Positions 41,815 to 51,276 of a stretch of 64,000 bases of DNA are shown in pieces. The stretch is from assembly GCA_929200535.1 (NCBI GenBank), contig CAKMZV010000006.1:3194-67193 (forward strand). The letters are read 5' to 3'. Within the stretch, counting starts at the first letter, position 1. Each line of letters starts with the position of its first letter. Under the pieces are notes generated by a model, which ran no database searches, had not been told where the DNA came from, and saw only the letters and a program-made list of their open reading frames with translations. Both the position numbers and the translations under genes were made by a program. This DNA is from an uncultured Gammaproteobacteria bacterium (lineage in GTDB: Bacteria; Pseudomonadota; Gammaproteobacteria; CAKMZV01).

Positions 41815-42528
41815 TTATTTATTTTCTTGCTTAAAAATATTAAACTTTTTTTGGTATCCGAAGTAGATAAAATTATCAGGCGGATTATTCTCAGCGATGT
41901 CATTATTTGAGTAGTGGAGATAGCTAAGGTTTAACGATAAATCGTCATTTTTAGCATATCCTACTATTAACCCATTGACAAAGCCTATATTACTTCCGTA
42001 TTTGACATTGCCCATTTGCCTTGTGGATAAATAGGTAATACCGCTAAGCGTTTCAAGCGTGAGTGGAAAATGTGTTAGGTGGTGCTTAAAGTGGATAGCA
42101 AATTCTGCATTGGTACTATTACGCTGATGGCGAGTAAAGTCATCCCCCTGATCACTCAGCAAACCTAATTGCCAAAATCCAATATTAAATCGGATCTGTG
42201 AGTCTAAGCGATAGTTTGAGTTCTGCAATAATCCTTTTTGAAGATTCCATGCATTAGTTAATTTAAGGGCGGTAATATCTTTTTCAGTATGATAGCCAAG
42301 CTCAAATCCCAGTTGTTCCATTGATAGAGGGTTACTCGCTAAATAAGCAACTATTGAGGAAAGGAGTGCTCCACGCCAAATGGCTTCTATGCTTTGGGCA
42401 GGTTGGGTAATTTGTATGAAAAATAGCCCTAAGAAAGAGAGCCTTAAGATTATTTTTTTTAGGCTATTTGATTTTTTCAAAGGAGCAATATGTGCTAATC
42501 TAACTACGTCCGTCTTCGCAAGTTTCAC
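41815..42528 (-). CDS. outer-membrane acyloxyacyl hydrolase / lipid A 3-O-deacylase (PagL)-like protein
   Basis: A signal-like hydrophobic segment, beta-barrel-like alternation, and a C-terminal H-x-S-N motif (YLHYSNN) followed by NPP, as I remember the PagL family. The start is uncertain: the GTG at 42528 lies in a truncated repeat, and TTG at 42480 is an alternative. Confidence 0.45.
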   Translation of the reverse strand: MKLAKTDVVRLAHIAPLKKSNSLKKIILRLSFLGLFFIQITQPAQSIEAIWRGALLSSIVAYLASNPLSMEQLGFELGYHTEKDITALKLTNAWNLQKGLLQNSNYRLDSQIRFNIGFWQLGLLSDQGDDFTRHQRNSTNAEFAIHFKHHLTHFPLTLETLSGITYLSTRQMGNVKYGSNIGFVNGLIVGYAKNDDLSLNLSYLHYSNNDIAENNPPDNFIYFGYQKKFNIFKQENK

Positions 42529-42588
42529 AACGACAATCAGGGCAATTTTTTGCTTTTTTACTTGTCATAGCTTTTGTGCAAAGGTCTC
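42498..42588 (-). repeat. truncated MITE-like repeat, left half only (copy 6)
   Basis: The reverse complement reads GAGACCTTTGCACAAAAGCTATGACAAGTAAAAAAGCAAAAAATTGCCCTGATTGTCGTTGTGAAACTTGCGAAGACGGACGTA, then homology ends. The terminal base overlaps the ilvD stop codon. Confidence 0.75.
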
Positions 42589-44426
42589 TATAACTGTCTG
42601 ACGGCGCCACTGGCTGCATTAGACACCATCTTGGCATAGGCTTTAAGCGCTAAGCTGACTTTTCTTGGACGTTCTTTGACTGGTGACCATGCTTCTTTTC
42701 CTCTTGCTGTTTGGGCATCAATGCGTTGTTGGATAATGCTATCTTCAATTTCAAGAGAGATTTTGCGATTGGGTATATCGATGTTAATGGTATCGCCATT
42801 TTCGATAATCCCAATTAAGCCTCCTTCGGCAGCTTCAGGTGAGGCATGCCCAATTGATAGTCCTGAAGTTCCTCCCGAAAATCGCCCATCAGTTAAGAGG
42901 GCACATTCTTTTCCCAATCCTTTTGATTTGAGGTAGCTGGTGGGGTAAAGCATTTCTTGCATACCGGGTCCGCCACGGGGTCCCTCATAACGTATCACAA
43001 CGACCATACCGGGTTTTACTTCATCGTTAAGAATGCTCTTGACAGCCTCATCCTGACTTTCAAATACAATAGTAGTGCCGGTGAATTTGAGAATGGATTC
43101 ATCGACTCCAGCAGTTTTGACAACACAGCCTTGTTTGGCAATATTACCATAGAGTACGGCGAGCCCTCCCTCAGTAGAGTAGGCATTTTCTACAGAGCGA
43201 ATACAGCCGTTTTTACGGTCTAAATCTAAAGTCGGCCAGCGCTTGTCTTGGCTAAAAGCGACGGTTGTCCTCACGCCACCGGGAGCGGCTTTGTAAAAAG
43301 TATGTACTTGTTCATCGTTTGAGCGAGAAATATCCCATTTGTCAATAGCCTCTTTCATTGTTTTGCTATGAATGGTTGGAATGTCGGTGTGTAAAAGCCC
43401 TCCAGCTTCTAAGCAACCAAGCAATGCCATAATGCCACCAGCTCGGTGTACATCTTCCATATGATATTTAGTCGTGTTCGGGGCAACTTTAGATAAACAT
43501 GGCACTTGGCGAGAAAGGCGGTCAATATCACTCATTGTAAAATCAACTTGTGCCTCGTGAGCGGCAGCGAGTAAATGGAGGATGGTGTTAGTGGAGCCGC
43601 CCATTGCTATATCCAAGGTCATCGCATTTTCAAAGGCTTGAAAATTGGCTATGGAGCGTGGTAAAACAGACTTGTCGTTTTGTTCGTAATAACGTTTGGT
43701 AATATCAACAATAACGTTAGCTGCACGCAGAAAAAGTGCTTCACGATCAGCGTGAGTCGCCAAGCATGAACCATTTCCAGGTAAGGATAAGCCAATCGCT
43801 TCGGTTAGGCAGTTCATTGAGTTTGCGGTGAACATTCCAGAGCAGGAACCACATGTTGGACAGGCACTTTCTTCGTAAGCCTTGAGGTCTTCATCGTTAT
43901 TATCATCAACGGCAGAGGCGACCATCGCAGAAATAAGATCTACTTTAATGGTTTGTCCCCCAATGGTTGTTTTGCCAGACTCCATTGGTCCGCCAGAGAC
44001 AAAAACCGTCGGTATGTTGAGTCTTAAAGAAGCATTTAACATACCGGGGGTGATTTTATCGCAGTTGGAAATACAGACTAAAGCATCCGCACAATGGGCG
44101 TTGCACATATATTCTATGGAGTCGGAAATAATATCTCGTGAGGGGAGAGAGTAAAGCATTCCATCGTGTCCCATAGCAATGCCGTCATCCACAGCAATGG
44201 TATTAAACTCTTTAGCAATACCTCCAGCTTTTTCAATTTCTCTCGCAACAAGCTGCCCGAGATCTTTAAGATGGACGTGCCCAGGAACAAATTGTGTAAA
44301 TGAGTTGGCAATGGCAATAATAGGTTTACCGAAATCTTCAGTTTGCATTCCAGTAGCTCTCCATAAGGAGCGAGCCCCAGCCATATTGCGACCATGAGTT
44401 GAGGTTTTTGAGCGATACTCAGGCAT
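42588..44426 (-). CDS. ilvD: dihydroxy-acid dehydratase
   Basis: Canonical IlvD N-terminus ([24 protein letters not shown]), Fe-S cluster cysteines (CDKITPG, CPTCGSC), 612 aa. Confidence 0.97.
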   Translation of the reverse strand: MPEYRSKTSTHGRNMAGARSLWRATGMQTEDFGKPIIAIANSFTQFVPGHVHLKDLGQLVAREIEKAGGIAKEFNTIAVDDGIAMGHDGMLYSLPSRDIISDSIEYMCNAHCADALVCISNCDKITPGMLNASLRLNIPTVFVSGGPMESGKTTIGGQTIKVDLISAMVASAVDDNNDEDLKAYEESACPTCGSCSGMFTANSMNCLTEAIGLSLPGNGSCLATHADREALFLRAANVIVDITKRYYEQNDKSVLPRSIANFQAFENAMTLDIAMGGSTNTILHLLAAAHEAQVDFTMSDIDRLSRQVPCLSKVAPNTTKYHMEDVHRAGGIMALLGCLEAGGLLHTDIPTIHSKTMKEAIDKWDISRSNDEQVHTFYKAAPGGVRTTVAFSQDKRWPTLDLDRKNGCIRSVENAYSTEGGLAVLYGNIAKQGCVVKTAGVDESILKFTGTTIVFESQDEAVKSILNDEVKPGMVVVIRYEGPRGGPGMQEMLYPTSYLKSKGLGKECALLTDGRFSGGTSGLSIGHASPEAAEGGLIGIIENGDTINIDIPNRKISLEIEDSIIQQRIDAQTARGKEAWSPVKERPRKVSLALKAYAKMVSNAASGAVRQL

Positions 44427-44504
44427 AATAATATTTGATATTTAAAAAATCAAGGTGAATCATTTAAAAAAGTACAACACTAAAAAAATTGAGAGAAAAA
44501 GTAT

Positions 44505-44663
44505 GAGACCTTTGCACAAAAGATATGACAAGTAAAAAAGTAAAAAATCGCTCTGATTTTCGTTGTGAAACTTGCGAAGACGGACGTATTAGCTGCGTTC
44601 CACGCCTCAATCAGAACGATTTTTTATCTTTTTTCTTTTGCCATACTTTTATGCAAAGGTCTC
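44505..44663 (+). mobile_element. MITE-like repeat, 159-bp core form (copy 7)
   Basis: Complete termini, flanked by AGTAT on both sides. Confidence 0.85.
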
Positions 44664-44892
44664 AGTATTTAAAATTTTCATAGTAAAATTGTAATTTTTA
44701 TTAAATTCATAACAATAACAGTTTAATTATATGATATTGAGAGTTTTTAGAGAGAATTTATATTTAAGGGGTCAAGAAGTTAAGCATTATATCAAATAGT
44801 TTTAACTTCCTGTAATACCAATAAAAAATAGAGACTAAAAATTCAGAGCGAAAGTTTAGAGAAATTACTAGATATTTTGTTATGGATTTGAT

Positions 44893-45348
44893 ATGGTGAT
44901 ATTAAGCCCGATGTTAGAAAATGATATTCCTCAAGTGGTTGCTATTGAGGAAAAGTTATACTTTAGACCATGGAGCAATCAGTCATTTATCTATGCGCAA
45001 AAAAATTATATTTGCACATTGTTCATAAGTCATGATGAAATAGCGGGATATGCCATTCTTGATAAGGTAGATGGACAAAGTCAATTACTGAATTTTTCTA
45101 TTGCCTTAGAATATCAGAATCAAGGAATCGGCACTACAGCGTTGCGAATTTTGCTCAAGAACTATTATAAAGATTTACAAATTGATATTATTTATCTTGA
45201 GGTTAATGTCTCTAATGGGGTGGCAATAAAGCTCTATAAAAAAGCTGGCTTTAAGGCAATGGGGAGAAGATTAGGATACTACCAAACCTCTGAGGGCAAA
45301 CAAGATGCCATCACAATGTATCATTCCAAGAATCAACTGATAGCTTAA
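44893..45348 (+). CDS. rimI: ribosomal-protein-alanine N-acetyltransferase (GNAT)
   Basis: 151 aa. GNAT motif A region QNQGIGTTALRILL plus the RimI-like pattern RPWSNQSF. Confidence 0.7.
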   Translation: MVILSPMLENDIPQVVAIEEKLYFRPWSNQSFIYAQKNYICTLFISHDEIAGYAILDKVDGQSQLLNFSIALEYQNQGIGTTALRILLKNYYKDLQIDIIYLEVNVSNGVAIKLYKKAGFKAMGRRLGYYQTSEGKQDAITMYHSKNQLIA

Positions 45349-45379
45349 CTTTATCGTTATGCAACTATGATTTTTTTAC

Positions 45380-45404
45380 CGCTATAATGTTACAAGTTAT
45401 AGCG
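45380..45404. terminator. weak AT-rich hairpin between convergent genes
   Basis: CGCTATAA-N9-TTATAGCG, preceded by T7 (a T-run for the minus-strand gene). Confidence 0.3.
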
Positions 45405-45417
45405 ATAGATATTTTTA

Positions 45418-45930
45418 TTATTGGTTTCCTAAAAACAAAGAAAAAGAATCACGCACTTCATTAATTTGCGAACGCACAACCAAATCTAAATCGAACAGGT
45501 TTTTATTATCGCTAGTACTTGAGAGCTCTCTCTCGGCTTTTACCTCTTCTAAGTTTAATGAGCCAATTATGTCTTCAAAATAAAAGATAAAAGGAATATT
45601 TCTTTTTTCGTTTGGAGCTAAGCTAACGTCTAAATTAGCAACCCATACTGGTTGATATGCACCCAAAGTAGTAATTTCAAAAAGTAATTTTCCAGAAACT
45701 TTTTTTTGGCTGGAATTTTCAATATCAAGTGATCCTTGAAGTGGCGTCTCTGTCGTCACATTGCGAGAATTAATACGTGTTCTCTGTATAATTCCATTAA
45801 TCAGAAAGTTATCATCAACACTGTGCCCAATAGACCCAGTGCTACTTTCAAAGGCGGTATTTAGTGTCGAGCAACCACTCAACATTAGGGCAATTGAAAA
45901 GATTGATGATAAAAGAGACAATTTTTTCAT
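45418..45930 (-). CDS. hypothetical lipoprotein
   Basis: Signal peptide with lipobox LSGC. I recognise no family. Confidence 0.6.
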   Translation of the reverse strand: MKKLSLLSSIFSIALMLSGCSTLNTAFESSTGSIGHSVDDNFLINGIIQRTRINSRNVTTETPLQGSLDIENSSQKKVSGKLLFEITTLGAYQPVWVANLDVSLAPNEKRNIPFIFYFEDIIGSLNLEEVKAERELSSTSDNKNLFDLDLVVRSQINEVRDSFSLFLGNQ

Positions 45931-46151
45931 GATTATTTTTATTTTTTTTGTAAAAATTTATTCAAATCTGTCTTTTGGATATAACGAAAAAACTCATAAT
46001 AAGTCTATTCTTAACAGGACAGTAAACTATTTTAACAAGATAATAAGCGTAATTATACCAAAAAAAGTTGCTTTTTTAATTGATAATTGAGGATGGATAA
46101 TTGATAATTATTCATTTTCAATCTAATTATTTAGCTCTCTATTATTTGATA

Positions 46152-47036
46152 ATGCTATTGCGAAGTTCTCTACTTATTTTTTTATTGTTTTTTACTGGTA
46201 TTGTCACGGCACAAGACTTTACAAGAGAAGCAATAGCTCAGGACATTGAGTTATATGGAGAGTGGATTCAAGGTGGCGTTATTCGGGGAGAAATTATTGA
46301 TGCCTCGGTTTCTAAATTACGCCTCAATGATAAAAAAATCGATGTACTGCAAGAGGGTAGTCAGCGTTTTTTTATCTTTGGTTTTGGACGCGACGCCAAA
46401 CTTAAACAAAAGTTAAGTTATCAAAAAAATAATCAACTTTTCTCGAAAATTTATAAACTCACTAAACGAGATTATAAAATTCAACGTATCAACGGTTTGC
46501 CTAAATCTAAGGTAAGCGTTGATGAAAAACATCTTGATAGAATTTATAAAGAATACGCCTTATCGAAAAAAGCCCGTGCTGTTTTATCTCAGCATAATGG
46601 TTTCAATCAAGTGTTTTCCCCACCCTTGTATGGAATTATTACTGGGGTTTATGGAAGCCAGCGTATTTTAAATGGCAAACCAAGACGTCCACATTTTGGT
46701 ATCGACGTTGCCGCGGCTACAGGAACCCCTGTTTATGCGCCAGCCAGTGGAATTGTTACCTTAACCCATGATAATATGTTTTTCTCAGGAGGCACGTTAA
46801 TTGTCGATCACGGCTTGGGTTTATCCAGCACCTTTATCCATCTGCATAAAATTTTAGTGAAAAATGGGCAAGAGGTCAAACAAGGACAAATTATTGCAGA
46901 GGTAGGTGCAACGGGCCGTGTTACTGGAGCACACTTGGATTGGCGGATGAATTGGTTTGACCAACGTGTTGACCCTACCTTAATTCTTTCTCCAGAGATA
47001 AGAGAAAACTTTCTCCAAAATAAACCACCCGAGTAA
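46152..47036 (+). CDS. M23-family metallopeptidase
   Basis: HFGIDVAA..GTPVYAPASG ... GATGRVTGAHLDW is the HxxxD / HxH M23 signature. The start is set at the Met preceding the signal peptide (MLLRSSLLIFLLFF); the track ORF begins at a TTG at 46101. Confidence 0.8.
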   Translation: MLLRSSLLIFLLFFTGIVTAQDFTREAIAQDIELYGEWIQGGVIRGEIIDASVSKLRLNDKKIDVLQEGSQRFFIFGFGRDAKLKQKLSYQKNNQLFSKIYKLTKRDYKIQRINGLPKSKVSVDEKHLDRIYKEYALSKKARAVLSQHNGFNQVFSPPLYGIITGVYGSQRILNGKPRRPHFGIDVAAATGTPVYAPASGIVTLTHDNMFFSGGTLIVDHGLGLSSTFIHLHKILVKNGQEVKQGQIIAEVGATGRVTGAHLDWRMNWFDQRVDPTLILSPEIRENFLQNKPPE

Positions 47037-47043
47037 ATCTATA

Positions 47044-47970
47044 ATGGCTACATTTCCTACAACCGCCCTTGAGTGGTTAGATTATGGGGATGAGTTATTA
47101 CAAAAAACGCCCCTCTACTATGGACACGGCAAAGACAATCCACGTGATGAAGCCGCAGCATTAATCACCTATGCATTAGATATTTTGCCTGAGCACTCAG
47201 AAGACTCTTTAATGTTAACGCTTACGGATTCTGAGCAAAAAAAATTACAAGATGTGTTTTTTCAGCGTACCGAAAAACGCCTACCAACCCCATACATTAC
47301 AAAACAAATTCATTTTGCTCGCTATCCATTTTATGTTGATAAACGAGTCATTGTTCCTCGCTCTCCAATAGCAGAGATTATAGAAAATCAATTTATGCCT
47401 TGGATAGATGCAGAAGCTCGCAATAATTTATCGTTATTAGATTTATGTTGTGGTAGTGGTTGCTTGGGGATTGCCAGTTGGTTACACTGTGATTTTATTG
47501 CTGAACTTTATTTAAGTGATATTTCCCAAGAGGCTTTAGAGGTCGCAAAAATTAACATAGAACGTTACGATTTAGAACAACAAGCTATTTTGCTACAAAG
47601 CGATTTATTTTCTGCTTTTAAGCAAAACCCTAAGTTTAACAATAAAAAAATGGACATTATTTTATGCAATCCTCCCTATGTTAATCTTGCGGATATGGAG
47701 GCTTTACCTGCTGAATATCAACATGAGCCCTCTTTGGCTTTAGATGGTCGTCGCAGTGCTCAATCTCAATGTGAAGATGGCTTAGAAATTGTGGATCAAA
47801 TTTTAGCTCAATGTATTCATTATCTAAATCCTGATGGATGGCTATTTCTCGAAGTCGGTGCCTCTCAAGAAGCCTTTGAAAAAAAATATGCTCACTTATA
47901 TCCCATTGAAATAGAATTTGAATGTGAGGCTTTTGGCGTGTATGCAATTCAGGCGAGGGCACTACAATGA
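47044..47970 (+). CDS. prmB: 50S ribosomal protein L3 glutamine N5-methyltransferase
   Basis: A HemK/PrmB-type MTase with SAM motif LDLCCGSGC and catalytic NPPY (LCNPPYV). The PrmB versus PrmC assignment is based on the N-terminal region. Confidence 0.7.
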   Translation: MATFPTTALEWLDYGDELLQKTPLYYGHGKDNPRDEAAALITYALDILPEHSEDSLMLTLTDSEQKKLQDVFFQRTEKRLPTPYITKQIHFARYPFYVDKRVIVPRSPIAEIIENQFMPWIDAEARNNLSLLDLCCGSGCLGIASWLHCDFIAELYLSDISQEALEVAKINIERYDLEQQAILLQSDLFSAFKQNPKFNNKKMDIILCNPPYVNLADMEALPAEYQHEPSLALDGRRSAQSQCEDGLEIVDQILAQCIHYLNPDGWLFLEVGASQEAFEKKYAHLYPIEIEFECEAFGVYAIQARALQ

Positions 47971-48467
47971 ATGCGACAGAACAACAAAAAAAAGCCTACG
48001 ATAAAGCCATTCGCTTATTAGCAATACGTGAACATAGTGCCAGCGAGCTTAAACGCAAATTGGGTGCTTTTTCAGTTACGATTATTGAGCAAGTACTAAC
48101 CCAACTGCAACAACAAAACTACCAAAGTGATGAGCGTTTTGTACAATCACTTGTCAGATCTCGCTTAGCAAGTGGCAAGGGTTATCTATGGATAAAACAA
48201 GAATTATCGCAACATCAAATTGATAGCGAAATGATAGGGGAGGCCCTCTCTGAGATTGAAGATGAACAATGGCAAGACTATTGTTACCAAGTTTGGCAAA
48301 AAAAATTCGCCACCAAAAATGATGAGCGAACTCAAGAACAGAATGAGGAAGATGAAGAGGCTGCCCCGCTTGATTATAAAGAAAAAATGAAACAGAAAAT
48401 CAAACAACAAAGTTTTTTGAGTCAGCGCGGTTTTCGCTCCCAAGATTGGCAAAATTTTTTAAAATGA
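47967..48467 (+). CDS. recX: recombination regulator RecX
   Basis: The pattern A..LLA.RE.S..EL..KL ... DERF......R....G...I..EL is typical of RecX. It has ATGA overlaps with both neighbours. Confidence 0.7.
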   Translation: MNATEQQKKAYDKAIRLLAIREHSASELKRKLGAFSVTIIEQVLTQLQQQNYQSDERFVQSLVRSRLASGKGYLWIKQELSQHQIDSEMIGEALSEIEDEQWQDYCYQVWQKKFATKNDERTQEQNEEDEEAAPLDYKEKMKQKIKQQSFLSQRGFRSQDWQNFLK

Positions 48468-49810
48468 TTACTGAAAATACCCCGATTACTTTTAGCGACA
48501 AACTTCCACAGGATGTGGACGTAGCCATTATTGGCGGTGGTGTTATCGGCATCTTTACCGCATTATTTATCAATCGTCAGGGGTTTAAGACCATTGTTTT
48601 GGAAAAGGGACGAATTGCGGGTGAACAATCCTCACGCAATTGGGGCTGGATACGCCAACAAGGGCGTGATGAAGCTGAAATTCCTATAATGCAACACGCC
48701 AGCCGCCTATGGGAAGAAATCGATAAAGAACTTAAAGGCAAATGCGGATTTCAGCGTGCTGGCTTGATGTATATTGCCAGCAGTGAAGAAAAATTACAAC
48801 AACGGCAGCAATGGCTATCAACCGCCAAATCCTATGGGATAGATAGCCTTGAACTTGATCGCCAACAACTGGCTAAAACCCTTAATCAAAATCAATCACA
48901 ACTCTATCACCAATGGCTTGGGGCAGTTTGCACTCCAAGTGATGCACGTGCTGAACCTTGGCAAGCTGTGCCTGAAGTAGCAAAATTATGCCATCAAGAA
49001 GGTGTGAAAATCATAGAGAATTGTGCAGTACGAGAATGCCAAACGAGCAACGGCAAACTCACTGCCTTGCACACCGAAAAAGGACTATTAAAGACCTCCC
49101 AAGCCGTTCTCGCAGGTGGTGCATGGTCAGCACTTTTTCTAAAACACCATCACATTCATATTCCACAACTATCCGTACGTGCCAGTGTCGCACAAACAAC
49201 TCCATTACCCGAACTATGGCAAGGCAATACTGCCGATGAAAAAATCGGCTTTAGAAGGCGTTTAGACGGTGGTTACAGCTTAGCATTGCCTGATTTTATC
49301 GAACTTTTTCTGGGCAACAATACGTTAAAAAATGCCCGAACTTGGCTACCTGTCGGGAAAAAATATTGGAACGATCTTAAATTTAGAATGCCTGTGCCAA
49401 GCGATTACCCCGATTCATCCACTGCCCATCAAAACTGGCAAGCCGATCAACAAAGCCCCTTTGAAAAAATGCGCGTACTTAATCCTACGCCCCCTCAAAA
49501 AGCCATTGAAATGATGCAACAGCGTTTTGGTGAACGCTTTCCTATAATGAAAGAAGTCCCTATTCTAAACTCTTGGGCAGGAATGATTGACGCAATGCCT
49601 GATTTGGTACCCATCGTTGATTATGTGCCACAAATAAAAGGACTAATTCTTGCCACTGGAATGAGTGGGCACGGCTTTGGAATCGCCCCAGCCTTCGGCA
49701 AAATCATCACCGAGTTACTACAAGAAAAACCGCCATCATACAATATCAACCGCTTCCGCTTTAACCGCTTTAACGATGGCTCAAAACTTATTTTAGGACC
49801 TGGGATTTAG
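48464..49810 (+). CDS. FAD-dependent oxidoreductase (DAO/D-amino-acid-dehydrogenase-like)
   Basis: FAD-binding motif VAIIGGGVIGIFTAL...LEKG. The start is chosen at the ATG overlapping the recX stop. The last 109 bp of this CDS plus 5 bp downstream are duplicated at 50662-50775. Confidence 0.8.
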   Translation: MITENTPITFSDKLPQDVDVAIIGGGVIGIFTALFINRQGFKTIVLEKGRIAGEQSSRNWGWIRQQGRDEAEIPIMQHASRLWEEIDKELKGKCGFQRAGLMYIASSEEKLQQRQQWLSTAKSYGIDSLELDRQQLAKTLNQNQSQLYHQWLGAVCTPSDARAEPWQAVPEVAKLCHQEGVKIIENCAVRECQTSNGKLTALHTEKGLLKTSQAVLAGGAWSALFLKHHHIHIPQLSVRASVAQTTPLPELWQGNTADEKIGFRRRLDGGYSLALPDFIELFLGNNTLKNARTWLPVGKKYWNDLKFRMPVPSDYPDSSTAHQNWQADQQSPFEKMRVLNPTPPQKAIEMMQQRFGERFPIMKEVPILNSWAGMIDAMPDLVPIVDYVPQIKGLILATGMSGHGFGIAPAFGKIITELLQEKPPSYNINRFRFNRFNDGSKLILGPGI

Positions 49811-49815
49811 GGGAA
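49702..49815 (+). repeat. 114-bp direct repeat, left copy (att-like)
   Basis: 113/114 identical to 50662-50775, with an offset of exactly 960 bp. The single difference (49780 C versus 50740 T) is synonymous. Confidence 0.95.
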
Positions 49816-49862
49816 TTATTTTTTATTCAAAACCCTAAGTGTTTTATCAAAAGGCCACATAT

Positions 49863-49891
49863 TTGCAACTTTCTTATTATTGCTTTATAAT
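49863..49891 (+). promoter_or_regulatory. near-consensus sigma70-type promoter (TTGCAA-17-TATAAT)
   Basis: -35 at 49863-49868 and -10 at 49886-49891, with a 17-nt spacer. It sits about 80 bp upstream of the 49970 ORF. Confidence 0.5.
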
Positions 49892-49969
49892 AATTTTTGC
49901 CTTATAATTTTCACTATGTGCGGAAATAAATTCCTCACGTTAATAATAAATTTTCTATAAAAAAATTCT

Positions 49970-50155
49970 ATGCTTGCTTATATTGAACCTCGTGAAGTTG
50001 CCCGTGCGATTATTCGTTCAGTTAGTCAAACAAAACCAGCAAGAACTCAAAGTGATTTCAATCGCCAAGTTGCCCGTATGAATCGTATGGCTGGAACGAT
50101 GACAGCTATTAGTATGAATAATGCGGCTGAGGACTGTTCAAAAAGAAAAAGGTAG
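49970..50155 (+). CDS. hypothetical small basic protein (61 aa)
   Basis: An ORF preceded by the promoter above and 9 nt upstream of the next ORF. I recognise no family. Confidence 0.4.
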   Translation: MLAYIEPREVARAIIRSVSQTKPARTQSDFNRQVARMNRMAGTMTAISMNNAAEDCSKRKR

Positions 50156-50164
50156 TGATCGAGT

Positions 50165-50524
50165 ATGAGCAATCGCCAAACTCGAGCCGTAGCTAAGCAG
50201 GGTAAGCATGGCGTTAGCATTGATGTTGCCAGTCAAGAACTGCCTTTACCACCACCAGAGTTTTTAAAAATTTACGCAGAAATTCATCAAGAAACGCCCG
50301 AACGCCTGCTACAACAAACAGAAAAAAATAACGAAGTTATTAGGCAAACCACCCAAAAAGACACACAACTCAAACTACTCAGAGTTATCTTATCTTTTAT
50401 AGCGACATTCTGCGGTCTTGCACTTGCCTCGTTCCTTATTTACAAAGAAGGTAACCCATATGCAATTGCTTCAATTGTTGCCTGTTCCTTTGGCTTTAGT
50501 GCCTTCACTTTTTTCAAGAAATAA
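50165..50524 (+). CDS. DUF2335-like small membrane protein
   Basis: LPLPPPEFLKIYAEIHQETPERLLQQTEKNNEVIRQ resembles the DUF2335 N-terminal signature. It is followed by two TM helices. Confidence 0.55.
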   Translation: MSNRQTRAVAKQGKHGVSIDVASQELPLPPPEFLKIYAEIHQETPERLLQQTEKNNEVIRQTTQKDTQLKLLRVILSFIATFCGLALASFLIYKEGNPYAIASIVACSFGFSAFTFFKK

Positions 50525-50661
50525 ATCTATATGCTCACCGTAGTTTGTATAGGAATGAGTAGAGATTTTATAAATCAATAAATTGCTTTAAAAATAACGG
50601 TCGTGCATAAAAAGCTCTTGAGGTGGAGTTATTTCTTTGTAAGCAAAAGTGTTGACATTCC

Positions 50662-50775
50662 AATCATCACCGAGTTACTACAAGAAAAACCGCCATCATA
50701 CAATATCAACCGCTTCCGCTTTAACCGCTTTAACGATGGTTCAAAACTTATTTTAGGACCTGGGATTTAGGGGAA
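50662..50775 (+). repeat. 114-bp direct repeat, right copy (att-like; orphan copy of the oxidoreductase 3' end)
   Basis: See 49702-49815. Confidence 0.95.
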
Positions 50776-50815
50776 GAGTTAGAGGACTATGATAGCTATC
50801 AACTTCTACCACTGC

Positions 50816-51025
50816 TCAAAAAGAAAAACGATAGGTCTTATCATTTTTTAGTTCTTGGCTACTTATATTTTTCAAGCCACTAAATTCAATACTTTTTCTT
50901 AATTTTTCCCAAGCTTCGGTAGGAGTATTACCAGCTTCCCATCCTAATACTTGGCAATTCTCCACATCATTCAGATTATTATCTTGAGTAAAACCATCGG
51001 TTGAGTAAAAAATATATTTTTTCAT
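50816..51025 (-). CDS. hypothetical small protein (69 aa from the ATG; 71 aa from the TTG at 51031)
   Basis: An ORF starting 5-11 nt after the stop of the 55-aa ORF upstream. I recognise no family. Confidence 0.4.
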   Translation of the reverse strand: MKKYIFYSTDGFTQDNNLNDVENCQVLGWEAGNTPTEAWEKLRKSIEFSGLKNISSQELKNDKTYRFSF

Positions 51026-51036
51026 TATCAAAGCAT

Positions 51037-51204
51037 TTAAGATTGTTTCAAATTTTTCAAGAGATTTTTCAATTCGAGAATATGTGTAAAAACGTGTTCA
51101 GCTGGTTCTTCATTTTCTAAATAATGTTTATATTCATCATCATAAAGGTATTTGACAACAGTATCCAAACTTTGGATTTGTTCGGGAGAGATAGATTTTT
51201 GCAT
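51037..51204 (-). CDS. hypothetical small acidic protein (55 aa), below the ORF-track cutoff
   Basis: Hand translation gives MQKSISPEQIQSLDTVVKYLYDDEYKHYLENEEPAEHVFTHILELKNLLKNLKQS. It is preceded by a TTGCAA-17-TAAAAT promoter-like element. Confidence 0.4.
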   Translation of the reverse strand: MQKSISPEQIQSLDTVVKYLYDDEYKHYLENEEPAEHVFTHILELKNLLKNLKQS

Positions 51205-51228
51205 AATTGAGAATTGGTTTTATAAATT

Positions 51229-51257
51229 ATTTTAAAAAATTTGAAATCATTTTGCAA
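51229..51257 (-). promoter_or_regulatory. candidate sigma70-type promoter (TTGCAA-17-TAAAAT) for the two small ORFs
   Basis: On the minus strand, -35 is at 51252-51257 and -10 at 51229-51234. It lies just downstream of the hairpin ATAGAGG-CGGTA-CCTCTAT at the HNH gene's 3' end. Confidence 0.4.
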
Positions 51258-51276
51258 GCCTCTAATATTGTCTTCT

